Origin: Candidatus Latescibacterota bacterium
Lineage (GTDB): Bacteria > Latescibacterota > UBA2968
Direction: 5' to 3'
Assembly: GCA_965204375.1 (NCBI GenBank)
Contig: OZ241986.1
Span: forward strand, 4,736,001-4,800,000
Length of the DNA stretch: 64,000 nt
A program made the position numbers and the translations under genes. How positions within the stretch are numbered: position 1 is the stretch's first letter; each line of letters starts with the position of its first letter. A model generated the notes under the pieces. The model made no database searches. It was not told the DNA's origin and worked only from the letters and a program-made list of their open reading frames with translations. Positions 1-9,789 of this stretch are shown piece after piece.

Positions 1-440
1 TCAATCTCATCTATGAGCAACACCAGGGGCTTCGAGTCGGCTTTAGCCCAGCGCGTCAGTGCCACCTGCAAGGCAGCGTGCGGGCCGAACTCGGCGAGGA
101 TGCCGGACCAGACTTTGAGCAAGAATTCGTCTTCCAGCGTCAAGCTCGCTCGTAGTGCTAACACGCCCAGAAAGGTGCGCGTCACCTGTTCCACGTCTTC
201 GCGCGCAGTTTGCCCGCCTTCGACATTGACGTACACACAGCGGTAGTCGTCCCCTGTGTTGAGCAGGTCGCGCAGGGCCAGCAGGGCAGAGGTCTTGCCC
301 GTCTGCCTGGGCGCGTGCAGGACGAAATAGCGTTTGTCGTGGATGAGCCTGAGAACCTCGGTGAGGTTGAGCCGTTGTAGGGGCGGGATGCAATAGTGGT
401 CCGCAGCGACCACTGGTCCGCTCGTGTTGAAGAAGCGCAT
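1..440 (-). CDS. AAA-type ATPase, N-terminal part; runs off the window
   Basis: Manual translation from ATG at 440: MRFFNTSGPVVAADHYCIPPLQRL...HAPRQTGKTS (Walker A)...LVLLIDEI(D) (Walker B). Not in the ORF track because it is truncated by the window edge. Confidence 0.85.
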   Translation of the reverse strand, partial: MRFFNTSGPVVAADHYCIPPLQRLNLTEVLRLIHDKRYFVLHAPRQTGKTSALLALRDLLNTGDDYRCVYVNVEGGQTAREDVEQVTRTFLGVLALRASLTLEDEFLLKVWSGILAEFGPHAALQVALTRWAKADSKPLVLLIDEI

Positions 441-594
441 GACGCAAGTCTCCTTTTTTTGGGAGATTAGATACAGGCTGTGAAATGCAGTTCGACGGCG
501 TATCTGTTATCTTAAAGTACGCACTGATGCCGACAATATCCAAATGAATATACACGCCATAATTTTAGTTGAAAAGCACTACTCCACATTATGG

Positions 595-1788
595 TTAATA
601 CTTTGAGATTGCCTCAAAATCCAATTCTACGACCCAGTCTTGAACCGCGCCATCCCTGATAAACCGGATAAATCCAAGTTCTCCAAGCCGTATTAACTCC
701 CTTTGAAAAGTTCGCCAGGTGACATTCTGGTACGCAGATTGTACATAACGATCTTCCTGTAGTTCTGATAGTTCGATACTTCGAGATGGGATATCAGAGA
801 AGGGGTCTGAAGGCTCTGTCTCGCTCAAGAGAAAGTTGAGGAGATTGTATTCCCTCTGGTTCAGGAGCCGTCTCCGGGGGCTAACTTTTATATCGCGAGC
901 TTGGACGAGCATCCTCTGATATACCAGTCGGTTGAGCTTTGCTTTGACGAAATTATTTATGCCTTTGAGTTCACTTGCAAAGCCAGCTACGCCAAAGCGA
1001 ATAAATGGTGTCACATCGAAAGGCTGGCTTTGCCGACATTCCTGGAGGATTGATTTGTATTCTTGTTCGTGGCGATAGAAGTAGTTGGATAGCCCGTAAA
1101 AGCCATGCACATTATATCCGAGTTGAAAGAGGATACCAGCTTCAACGAGTCGGGAGATTCTTCCGTTTCCGTCTCCAAAGGGGTGAATTGTCACGAGGAA
1201 GAAGTGGGCGAGCAAGGCACGTATGACTGAATGAAGACTTTCGAGTCGGCGAGAATTGATGAAATTGATATACTCTTGCATTAAGCGAGGGAGCGTTTCG
1301 TGCGGCGCACCTCTATGGACCCCTCCAAGCTCTTCCGTGCCTACAACAACGGAAAAGTTGCGGAGTTCCCCGGGTATATTGCGGTCGGTATCTGAATCTC
1401 GGGTGATCATTTCGTGCATGGTGAGGATGTCTCTCAGACCAATAGGTGGGCTGTCTGGACGAAATCGTTTTTTTATCCAGGTCTGAGCCTCTCCTGCATT
1501 TCTGATCTGCAATTGTTCTTTTGTCGCGGTTTCCCTGTCGTGGTTGTGAGTTTGTTGTTCGAGGTACTCCATTTGCTGAGCAACCTCAGCTTCGGACAGA
1601 GGGTTGCCTTCTATCGCAGTTGTGCCATGAATAGCACGGATTCTATTGAGCCTGTCAAGCTGGCTTTGCCACTCTTGTGGAAACACGAGGTTTAGAGAGG
1701 CTTCTTTATAAGCTTCAATAGAGATGAGATCCTGAAAGAGACCTTGCTGGTCGAGATGATACTCAAAGGGAAATTTTTCCCAGTCCAT
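595..1788 (-). CDS. Fic family protein (class II-like) with probable C-terminal winged HTH
   Basis: Fic motif HPFGDGNGRISR and N-terminal inhibitory motif TTAIEGN; AGAGGA RBS before ATG at 1788. Confidence 0.88.
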   Translation of the reverse strand: MDWEKFPFEYHLDQQGLFQDLISIEAYKEASLNLVFPQEWQSQLDRLNRIRAIHGTTAIEGNPLSEAEVAQQMEYLEQQTHNHDRETATKEQLQIRNAGEAQTWIKKRFRPDSPPIGLRDILTMHEMITRDSDTDRNIPGELRNFSVVVGTEELGGVHRGAPHETLPRLMQEYINFINSRRLESLHSVIRALLAHFFLVTIHPFGDGNGRISRLVEAGILFQLGYNVHGFYGLSNYFYRHEQEYKSILQECRQSQPFDVTPFIRFGVAGFASELKGINNFVKAKLNRLVYQRMLVQARDIKVSPRRRLLNQREYNLLNFLLSETEPSDPFSDIPSRSIELSELQEDRYVQSAYQNVTWRTFQRELIRLGELGFIRFIRDGAVQDWVVELDFEAISKY

Positions 1789-1796
1789 TTTTGTCC

Positions 1797-1919
1797 TCTT
1801 ATTTAACACGTTATTTGACACGTTGATAAATTTTGTAAGATATTAAATAATAATAATTTTTTACTAAAATTGCAAGAATATAGACTAAAATTTATCGTTA
1901 TTTGACACGTTATTTGACA
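1797..1919. repeat. 12-bp direct repeats CGTTATTTGACA upstream of fic (putative operators)
   Basis: Exact copies at 1809-1820, 1896-1907 and 1908-1919; degenerate copy at 1797-1808. Confidence 0.7.
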
Positions 1920-1962
1920 ACAATAATACATCAAGGCGTAAGTCGCATTCATATGAAATGCC

Positions 1963-2060
1963 GTCACTCCTGCGGAGGCAGAAGTCCAGTCTGATAGGTT
2001 CGCCTGTGGATTACTGGCGTTGTGCCTGCGGCGTGGCGGCTTTAAGCATGCCGCAATGAC
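1963..2060. repeat. Inverted pair of GTCA-type REP-like palindromes
   Basis: GTCACTCCTGCGGAGGCAGAAGTCCAG (+, 1963-1989) and GTCATTGCGGCATGCTTAAAGCCGC (-, 2036-2060); the latter recurs at 57056 and 60363. Confidence 0.7.
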
Positions 2061-2171
2061 AATCGCATCTGTTAAGGTTTTGCAAGCCAGTTCAAATTTG
2101 GTCTGACGAAGGAAGATTTTGGATGTATATTGACGGGGTGCATTTTTACATTGGATTGAAAGGATGAGATT

Positions 2172-3731
2172 ATGTTGATGACTGGTGGTCAGGCTGTGGT
2201 TGAGACGCTGGATGCATGGGGGGTGGATGTGGTGTTTGGCATTCCGGGGGTTCACACGCTCGCGCTTTACGATGCGCTTTACGATCATCCGCGGATTCGG
2301 CATGTGACGACGCGGCACGAGCAGGGGGCGGGTTTTATGGCGGATGGATATGCGCGGGCTTCTGGGCGCGTGGGCGTGGCGTTGACGACGACGGGACCAG
2401 CGGCGGTGAATGCATTGACGCCGATTGGAGAGGCGTACGCGGAGTCGTCGCCCGTGTTGTTGATATGCAGTGGTCCGACGGATGAAACCAATGGCACAGA
2501 TGCGGGGGTGTTGCACGATATGCGCGACCAGTTTAGCACGTTGTTTTCTGTGACGGGGCGCGGGCAGCGCGTGTCGCGTGTGGAGGATATCCCGGGTGCG
2601 CTATCAGAGGGTTTTGAGGCAATGAAATACGGTCGTCCCCGGCCGTACATTCTGGAAGTTCCGCTGGATGTGTTTAAGGAAGAGGCGGATGTAAATATTG
2701 AGGAGCCAGCGCACCGCCCGCCGCATAAGCCAGAGGAGGTTGCGCTCAATGCAGCCGCAGAGATGATTCAGTCTGCGCGTAAGCCGGTGTTGATCGCGGG
2801 TGGGGGGACGCAAGATGCGAGCGGTGACGTGATCCGGTTGGCAGAGAAACTCGGATTGCCGGTGGCTGTTACTGCGAATGGTCAGGGGGCTGTCCCGGCG
2901 GACCACCCTTTGCTGGTGCGCGGTGAGAGTATGAACAAATGTTTGAATGAGGCGGATGTGGTGATTGCTGTGGGTACGCGTTTGGGTTTTCGGTTTGAGC
3001 AGATGTGGAAGGGTACACCGGAGAAGCTCATTCATCTGGATATTGATCCGGGGGTGATGGGGCGGTCGTTTGAGCCAGATGTTGCGCTGATTGGCGATGC
3101 GGGCGCGGGGTTGAAAGGATTGTACGCGCGTTTGGATGGGGTTAAGACCGCGTGGGATGTCAGTGATTCTGTGTCGCAGGCGTCCGGTCAGTGGGAGGAG
3201 AAACCTTTTCCCGAGTTGCTGGGGATTTTGCGGAATGTTCTGGATCGGGATGCGGTGGTTGTGAACGATATGACGATGATTAGCTATCAGGCGCGTCGCC
3301 ATTTTCCGGTTTATCAGCCGCGCACGTTTTTGTCACCAACGGTTTACGGAACGCTGGGTTTTTCCATGCCAGCGGCTGTGGGTGCCAAGATCGCGTGTCC
3401 AGATAAGCAGGTGGTGTCGCTGTGCGGCGATGGCGGATTTATGTACACGGCGACAGAGCTTTCAACTGCGGTTCAGCAGGGTATATCACTGCCGGTTGTT
3501 TTGTGCAATGACAATACTTATGACGCGATCAAGCGGGCACAGGATCGAGAATGTGATGGGCGGAATATTGCCGTGGAGTTGGCGAATCCCGATTTTGTGA
3601 TGTTTGCACAGAGTTTTGGGATGCAGAGCGTTCGCGTGACTGATGGACAGGGGTTTGGCGAGGCGCTCGAAGAGGCGTTGCAGGCCGAGGGGCCGACGTT
3701 GATTGAGGTTTTTGTGCCGGAGTATTCTTGA
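2172..3731 (+). CDS. Thiamine pyrophosphate-binding enzyme (acetolactate synthase-like family)
   Basis: FGIPG and RHEQGAGFMADGYAR motifs; GDGGF...NDN TPP-binding motif. Confidence 0.9.
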   Translation: MLMTGGQAVVETLDAWGVDVVFGIPGVHTLALYDALYDHPRIRHVTTRHEQGAGFMADGYARASGRVGVALTTTGPAAVNALTPIGEAYAESSPVLLICSGPTDETNGTDAGVLHDMRDQFSTLFSVTGRGQRVSRVEDIPGALSEGFEAMKYGRPRPYILEVPLDVFKEEADVNIEEPAHRPPHKPEEVALNAAAEMIQSARKPVLIAGGGTQDASGDVIRLAEKLGLPVAVTANGQGAVPADHPLLVRGESMNKCLNEADVVIAVGTRLGFRFEQMWKGTPEKLIHLDIDPGVMGRSFEPDVALIGDAGAGLKGLYARLDGVKTAWDVSDSVSQASGQWEEKPFPELLGILRNVLDRDAVVVNDMTMISYQARRHFPVYQPRTFLSPTVYGTLGFSMPAAVGAKIACPDKQVVSLCGDGGFMYTATELSTAVQQGISLPVVLCNDNTYDAIKRAQDRECDGRNIAVELANPDFVMFAQSFGMQSVRVTDGQGFGEALEEALQAEGPTLIEVFVPEYS

Positions 3732-3787
3732 GAAGTGCATCCTTATAAGTGGTAGGTAGAGATAGGACACAGGCGCAGGAGAATGTT

Positions 3788-5506
3788 ATGGCTACAAAGC
3801 GAAAAAAGAGACGTCACAGAGGGGCTGCTGGCAAGGCGAATGCGGATTTGACGGCGCATATTCGGTCGCTGGGGTTGACGAGTGTGGGGCAATACCAGGC
3901 GTGGTGTCGGGACCATGGATTTAATGGGGCGCTGAATAAGAGCTGGCAGGAGCGGCGGCAGGAGCGCAAGGTTGCGGATCGGGCGATTGATGTGGAATTG
4001 GCCGAGCAGGAATTTGTGCGCCATATTAGCGCGTTGGGGTTGGAGACGGTTGCGGATTATACCGCGTGGTGTACCGCAAATGGGTTGAGTACGGGGACGC
4101 ATAAGAGTGTTGCACAGCGCAAGAAAGAGCGCGATTTGGCCGAGCGGTTAAAGAGCGATGCGGTTTTGGCGAAGATGAAGAATCACACGCGGCGGCCACA
4201 GGAGACGATTCGGGCGATTTATGAGGGCAAGCTGTCGGAGGCGGAGTTGAATCGCCCGCATTTGCAAAAGATCCAGCGGGCTTTTGATGGGCTGGGGAGA
4301 GACCGCAAGGGGCGGCGTGCGCTGTTGCAGTTGTTGCTTCATGTGGAAAAGCGGGACGATTTTTTTGATGTCAAGCCCGCGATTGTGCGCCTGGGACCTT
4401 CTGATGGGAATACATTTATCGAGGGTTTGGGTGCGCTGGCGCATTGGCACAAGCGGTGGTTGCGCGATCCAGCGGAGTGGCGACCAGATTCGCACAATGG
4501 GCGCAAGCAGTTTGGTTCGCTTGCGCGACATTTGCTCGCGAAGTACGATGTGCCCGCGTTTATGGATATCGCGTGGTTTCTCGGCGAGGAAGACGAGGCG
4601 CGGCAGCAGCAGGGATGGTTTGTGCATGTGGGTACGGGCGGGAATATTCGCAAGGCAGATGTTCCGCTGACGCTGACGAAGAAGATGGCGCATTTGTTTT
4701 TGGAGTCGCCGCACGATTACACGATTTACGAGGCGTTTCGGCGCGGTCAAATTCTGGGGCTTGGCGGGGAAGAGCCGCTGGTGCGCGCGGTGAATGGTAC
4801 GCGGTTGGGATCGTCTTTTGAATGCGAAGATTTCTGGCATAAGGTGGTGCATTTTTTTGTGAATAATCCAATGCTCGATCCCGATGAGGTGGGACCGATT
4901 GTGGATTATATTCACAACCAGAAATACGTGCCTCGAGAAGAGACGGTTGGTGGCGAGGTTGTGCAATTGCCTCCCGAGCAGCCGAATTTTTCGATTAAGG
5001 GGCGCAGTATGGTCAAGTTGCTTCGGCAGGTCGAGACGTGGCACCGGCAGTTGGCGAGGCAGAATCGCTTGCCCGCAAAGGTGTGGGCGCCTTCGGGTCT
5101 CAATGAGCTGGATTGGACAGCGACGGATAATTATGGGAATGAAAAGGAGCGGTGGACGATTACGGAGTTGCTGTCGGTCAAAGAGTTGTCCCTTGAGGGA
5201 CGCAAGATGCACCACTGCGTGGGGTCTTATGCGAATAATTGCAAAACCGGGAGGTCATCGATTTGGACGATGCAGGTTACGACGCCGGAGGATGAGACAC
5301 ATCGGGTGATGACGATTGCGGTGCAAAATGGCAGCCGAAGTATTACGCAGGCGCGCGGGAAGTGCAATGCGCGACCCAATGGCAGGACGCCCAGTGGCAA
5401 GCGTCGAGATTTTAGCAAGGCGTATGAACGCCATTTGCGGAAGTCGCGCCATGTGTTGTATTTGTGGCGGGAGCAAGAGGGGCTGTCTATGTCGCGTGGG
5501 GTGTGA
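3788..5506 (+). CDS. PcfJ-like domain protein with duplicated N-terminal repeat
   Basis: C-terminal ELSLEGRKMHHCVGSY...TIAV...QARGKCN signature; AGGAG RBS before ATG 3788. Confidence 0.75.
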   Translation: MATKRKKRRHRGAAGKANADLTAHIRSLGLTSVGQYQAWCRDHGFNGALNKSWQERRQERKVADRAIDVELAEQEFVRHISALGLETVADYTAWCTANGLSTGTHKSVAQRKKERDLAERLKSDAVLAKMKNHTRRPQETIRAIYEGKLSEAELNRPHLQKIQRAFDGLGRDRKGRRALLQLLLHVEKRDDFFDVKPAIVRLGPSDGNTFIEGLGALAHWHKRWLRDPAEWRPDSHNGRKQFGSLARHLLAKYDVPAFMDIAWFLGEEDEARQQQGWFVHVGTGGNIRKADVPLTLTKKMAHLFLESPHDYTIYEAFRRGQILGLGGEEPLVRAVNGTRLGSSFECEDFWHKVVHFFVNNPMLDPDEVGPIVDYIHNQKYVPREETVGGEVVQLPPEQPNFSIKGRSMVKLLRQVETWHRQLARQNRLPAKVWAPSGLNELDWTATDNYGNEKERWTITELLSVKELSLEGRKMHHCVGSYANNCKTGRSSIWTMQVTTPEDETHRVMTIAVQNGSRSITQARGKCNARPNGRTPSGKRRDFSKAYERHLRKSRHVLYLWREQEGLSMSRGV

Positions 5507-5653
5507 GCGAATAGACGAATAATCCGCAGATGACGCAGAAAAAACGCGAGTAATTTGAGCGTTTTACACAGATGAAGGGCGAATAGACGGAGCGGTGTAC
5601 AACTGACCGCCTCTCAGGTCAGTTCATAGACGAATAGACGAATCAACGAATCG
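5507..5653 (+). repeat. Dispersed composite repeat (GAATAGAC 8-mers plus CGCAGATGA units)
   Basis: Closely matches the reverse complement of 60934-60997; CGCAGATGAA units also at 60305-60335. Confidence 0.7.
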
Positions 5654-5680
5654 TAGCAGTTCATAGGCGCACAGATTTAA

Positions 5681-8080
5681 TTATTCATATCGCAACGCTG
5701 TGGCTGGGTCGGTCAGGGCTGCGCGAATCGCCTGGGTGCTTACTGTCATGATCGCGATTGCCATTGTCAGCAATCCGCTCAATATAAAGACCAACGCGCC
5801 CAGGTCTATGCGATACGCGAATCCCGCCAACCATTCGTTCATGACCCAATAGGCCAGCGGAAATGCGATCAGGTTGGCCAGGAGTACCAGAATTACAAAT
5901 TCCCGCGAGAGCAGGCGTATGATATTGGGCACGGATGCGCCCAGGGTCTTGCGGATGCCAATTTCTTTGGTGCGCTGTTCTGCTGTAAATGCCGCCAGGC
6001 CAAACAGGCCCAGGCACGCGATTACAATCGCCAGTCCGGCAAATACGGTTATAAGTGTTCCTATCCGTTGTTCAGCCAGATAATATCGCGCCAGGTTTTC
6101 GTCTAAAAAACGATAATAAAACGGCTTTTCGGGAATGTATTTCCGCCATATTTCACCGATATATTTAAGCGTTTCGTCAATATCCTGGCCGCGAATTTTT
6201 AGTGCTATCACGTTGAACTTGGGTTGCCACATCGCGATCGCCACGGGCCGAATGACTTCGTGTAGCGACCGGTTGTGAAAATCTTTTACCACGCCGATCA
6301 CAACGCCCTTCTCCCGGTTATCCGCGGCCCATCCAAATTCCTTTCCAAGCGGGTCGGTCCATCCCAATCGCTTCACGGCAGTTTCGTTCAGGATAAACGC
6401 CTGAGATGTATCGGTTGTTACGGCCAGCGAAAAATTGCGACCCGCTGTGAGTTCCAGATTATAGGTGTCTAAAAAAGCTTCATCCACGCCCAGGACACGC
6501 ATCCGCCAGTCTTCACCTCCCCTGCCTTCGGGAAATACCCTGTCCAGTTGTCCCCCATATCTCATCGAAGAATGCGATGCCGATGCTTTCAAAATGTTTG
6601 GGTGCTTCAAAAATTCATTCTTGATGTTCAAATAATCATCGGTCAATCGCCGGTCTGTCGCAAATAGCCAGGTCATGACCATGAGATCTTTATCAAATCC
6701 CAGATTCTTATTCTGCACGTAATTCAATTGCTGGTACACCGTGTATGTACCCGCGATTAAGAATGTCGAGATCGCAAATTGAAATACCACGAGGATCTGT
6801 CGCAGTCGGCCGCTTCTGTTACTCGAGACAAGCGTACCTTTCAGTACTGTTACGGGCCGAAAACTGGATAGAAATAGCGCAGGATATCCTCCGGCGAGTA
6901 CGCTTACCAGCACGGTTAAAGCAAATAGTCCGGCAATCGCATACCACAGGGTCTGTCCTTCAAGCGCGATTGTTTTTTGGGCGAAGTTATTCAGGAGGGG
7001 GAGTGAAATTTTCACAATAATTAGCGACAATATCCCGGCCAGCAGTGCGGTTAAAAATGTTTCTCCCAGAAATTGTCGAATCAATTGGATGCGATAGGCT
7101 CCCACTACCTTCCGCAACCCAACTTCGCGTGCCCGTCGCGCTGAGCGCGCTGTTGATAGGTTCATAAAGTTGATGCACGCAATCAGTAAAATAAATATTC
7201 CGATGATCGCAAACAGGTACACATATGTGATGTCGCTATAAGATGAAATGCCATAATCCACTTTGGAATACAGATACATGCGCTCTAAAGGCTGCAAAAA
7301 ATAGGTGCTCTTTTTGACGATCTCATCGCCCATGTATCGCGCCATGAATTCAGGCAATTTTGCTTCGAGTGCTTTCGCATCTGCGCCTTCTCGCAATAAG
7401 ATGTAATTGTTTGCTGGTCGCCAGGTTGAATCTACCGCCCAGTTTTCAAATACGTTCCGCGTCCAACGGGTATTTACCGTTGCACATACAATGTCAAATT
7501 GCAGGGTTGAATGTCGAGGCACGTTTTTCAGCACCCCGGTAATCGTATATACCCCACCCATATACCGATCATCGACGGTGAGTACTTTTCCTATTGGGTC
7601 GTCATTCCCAAAAAATCGTTGCGCGGTTGTCTCTGTCACCAGGATGGAAAGCGGTTCTTTGAGTACTGTCGCGCGATCTCCCTTTACCAGTTCAAAATCG
7701 AAGACTTCCAAAAAATCGGGATCCGTCAAACAGAACCGCTGATTGAATTTGCGGTCTTTATACGTGGTCCAGCTATAGTCCGGCATATATCGTACGACTG
7801 TTTCGATTTCTGAATAATCTTTTTTTAGCGCGGGTCCCGCTGCGCCCGATGTGCCAAATCCCATGTCACGGGTGCCGTCATCGTTGCGCATCTCGCGGAG
7901 CAATTTGTAGATCCGATCACTCTTTGTGTGAAACCGATCCACACGAAATTCATCGTGAATAAATAATCCGATCAGAACACAACAAGCCACGCCTACCGAT
8001 AATCCCAGTACGTTGATCAGGGAGTATCCTTTGTGGCGCATCAAATTGCGCAGGGCGATTTTCAGATAGTTTTGGAGCAT
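5681..8080 (-). CDS. ABC transporter permease, MacB/FtsX type (copy 1)
   Basis: 799 aa; NYLKIALRNL start, NFMNLSTARS..RAREVGLRKVVGA, RTKEIGIRKTLGAS, ALRYE end. Confidence 0.93.
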   Translation of the reverse strand: MLQNYLKIALRNLMRHKGYSLINVLGLSVGVACCVLIGLFIHDEFRVDRFHTKSDRIYKLLREMRNDDGTRDMGFGTSGAAGPALKKDYSEIETVVRYMPDYSWTTYKDRKFNQRFCLTDPDFLEVFDFELVKGDRATVLKEPLSILVTETTAQRFFGNDDPIGKVLTVDDRYMGGVYTITGVLKNVPRHSTLQFDIVCATVNTRWTRNVFENWAVDSTWRPANNYILLREGADAKALEAKLPEFMARYMGDEIVKKSTYFLQPLERMYLYSKVDYGISSYSDITYVYLFAIIGIFILLIACINFMNLSTARSARRAREVGLRKVVGAYRIQLIRQFLGETFLTALLAGILSLIIVKISLPLLNNFAQKTIALEGQTLWYAIAGLFALTVLVSVLAGGYPALFLSSFRPVTVLKGTLVSSNRSGRLRQILVVFQFAISTFLIAGTYTVYQQLNYVQNKNLGFDKDLMVMTWLFATDRRLTDDYLNIKNEFLKHPNILKASASHSSMRYGGQLDRVFPEGRGGEDWRMRVLGVDEAFLDTYNLELTAGRNFSLAVTTDTSQAFILNETAVKRLGWTDPLGKEFGWAADNREKGVVIGVVKDFHNRSLHEVIRPVAIAMWQPKFNVIALKIRGQDIDETLKYIGEIWRKYIPEKPFYYRFLDENLARYYLAEQRIGTLITVFAGLAIVIACLGLFGLAAFTAEQRTKEIGIRKTLGASVPNIIRLLSREFVILVLLANLIAFPLAYWVMNEWLAGFAYRIDLGALVFILSGLLTMAIAIMTVSTQAIRAALTDPATALRYE

Positions 8081-8087
8081 GATTTTT

Positions 8088-8684
8088 TTAAATCAGACAA
8101 TGCGCCACTGCGTCTCTGTACGTTTCGAGCGCTGGGGTTTCCAGGTTCTTCACCTTGGCCAGATCATCCCATTTCCTGAGGTGTACGGCATTCTGGTAGT
8201 AAGGATTGCTTTCGAACTCGGTCCTTTCCCGATCTGACATGAGGCCTCCTTGCAGTTGGAAACTATGCTTAGAGGCTTCGGAAAGGGTGTTGTAGTAGGT
8301 CGAATCCGTGGTGCAGATGTATCGCTTGGCCGGAACGTGAAGTTTCACCGGTTCGGTCACCGCCTCGATAAAAAAGGGTGCTATGTACGCGGCGCCCACT
8401 TCTTCGTGGAGAAAGTCCTGGGTGTGGAAATCTGCGTTTTCTGCGTGTTCGTCCATCAGAAAATGGCCGATATCGTGCAATAGTGCGGCAGTTATCTGAA
8501 TCGCGTCTCCATTGGCGAGCTGGGCCAGATTGGCGCACTGGAGCGCGTGTTCGAGTTGCGTTACGACTTCGTCGTAGTAGGACTGGCCCCTCGCTTCCAT
8601 GTAGGCGAACAGGGCATCTATTTTTTTTTCTGGCCTGCCTTCGGCCAATTGGTTCGCGAGTGTTGGATCGACGCGTTCCTTCAT
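8088..8684 (-). CDS. HD-domain metalloenzyme, PhnZ-like
   Basis: VTQLEHALQ, AALLHDIGH, HEEVG, LHVPAKRY, QLQGG and LRKWDDLAK motifs typical of the PhnZ/TmpB di-iron oxygenase group. Confidence 0.8.
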   Translation of the reverse strand: MKERVDPTLANQLAEGRPEKKIDALFAYMEARGQSYYDEVVTQLEHALQCANLAQLANGDAIQITAALLHDIGHFLMDEHAENADFHTQDFLHEEVGAAYIAPFFIEAVTEPVKLHVPAKRYICTTDSTYYNTLSEASKHSFQLQGGLMSDRERTEFESNPYYQNAVHLRKWDDLAKVKNLETPALETYRDAVAHCLI

Positions 8685-8737
8685 TTTGGCACCATCTTTC
8701 TCTAAAAATGTTCGAGTGATAAATTGAATTGGAGGGG

Positions 8738-9412
8738 TTACAACTGTTCATCCCGGTCTAACCATCCGTCTGATAGATGTACGATGCGGTCTCCGTAAGC
8801 GGCGTTTTTCTCGGAGTGCGTGCATTGGACAATGGTTACGCCTTCGGCATTCAGGTGTTTGAACAGGGTCATGATCCGCTCGCCTTCTGCCGAGTTTAAG
8901 TTGCCGGTTGGTTCGTCGGCCAGGATCAATTTTGGTTGGGTGATCAATGCCCGGGCTATGCCCACCTGTTGTTGTTGTCCGCCGGATAACTGGTTGGGGA
9001 ATAGTCGCTTTTTTGCCACGATGTTGAAGCGGTCCAGCATTTCGGCGATGCGGCCTTTGCGCTCGGCACCTTTTACTTTTTGATATAAGAGGGGTGTTTC
9101 CAAATTTTCGGAGACGGTTAGTTCGTCGATTAGATGGTAACTTTGGAATACAAATCCGATGTGGTCTCGGTGCAACTCGGTCAATGCGCGTTCGTCCAGT
9201 TTGTGAACTGCGCGGTTGTAAAAATGATACTCTCCATTCGAGGCGGTGTCCAGCATGCCCAGGATGTGCAATAGGGTTGATTTGCCGGCTCCAGAGGGTC
9301 CCATGATGGATACAAATTCCCCTTCGCGGATTTGTAGGTCTATTCGCCGGAGTACGAATGTTTTTACGATGCCGTTTTCGTAGTATTTTTCGATGTTTTT
9401 TAGTTCGATCAT
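8738..9412 (-). CDS. ABC transporter ATP-binding protein (LolD/MacB-type)
   Basis: GPSGAGKST, LSGGQQQ, ILADEPTGNL, TH motifs. Confidence 0.95.
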   Translation of the reverse strand: MIELKNIEKYYENGIVKTFVLRRIDLQIREGEFVSIMGPSGAGKSTLLHILGMLDTASNGEYHFYNRAVHKLDERALTELHRDHIGFVFQSYHLIDELTVSENLETPLLYQKVKGAERKGRIAEMLDRFNIVAKKRLFPNQLSGGQQQQVGIARALITQPKLILADEPTGNLNSAEGERIMTLFKHLNAEGVTIVQCTHSEKNAAYGDRIVHLSDGWLDRDEQL

Positions 9413-9458
9413 CTCTATCTCCTTATTAGCTATCAGCGGTTAGCTGTTAGTCCCAGCC

Positions 9459-9504
9459 CTTCACACTTCACACTTCACACTTCACACTTCACACTTCACA
9501 CTTC
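9459..9504. repeat. Heptamer tandem repeat (CTTCACA)x6
   Basis: Six exact copies plus a partial copy, immediately after the stop codon of the 85-aa gene. Confidence 0.95.
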
Positions 9505-9762
9505 CTATGCGCGTCGTTCGAAAAGGATGGATACCTCGTGTTCAGATGGCTCGCCAATTTCTACGAGCGACCAGTCTGCGTCGTAGTTTTCCACGATCCG
9601 CTTCAAACACATGACTCTCTGTTCGTGGGGTTCGGCGTGTTCCTCCCAGGCGAATAGTTCCATGCGGTAATCGTATTTTCTGCTTTTGCCGTTTACCACC
9701 ACGGTTACTTCCACGGTGTCTTCGGCGTCTAAAGGCGGCAATTTGATTGAGATTTTGGGCAT
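9505..9762 (-). CDS. Small hypothetical protein within the ABC operon
   Basis: 85 aa, GGAG RBS, co-oriented between the two ATPase genes. Confidence 0.7.
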   Translation of the reverse strand: MPKISIKLPPLDAEDTVEVTVVVNGKSRKYDYRMELFAWEEHAEPHEQRVMCLKRIVENYDADWSLVEIGEPSEHEVSILFERRA

Positions 9763-9789
9763 GGTGATTCTCCGAAGTCGTGATCAACG

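Noticed and set aside
43-555. 170-aa ORF from the track
   Set aside because: Wrong frame; the overlapping frame starting at 440 has Walker A/B motifs.
4148-5215. Long antisense ORFs (also 1803-2516, 2604-3302, 55729-56871, 57111-57878, 58398-59363, 59610-60260)
   Set aside because: Shadows of well-supported opposite-strand genes, with biased composition and no motifs.
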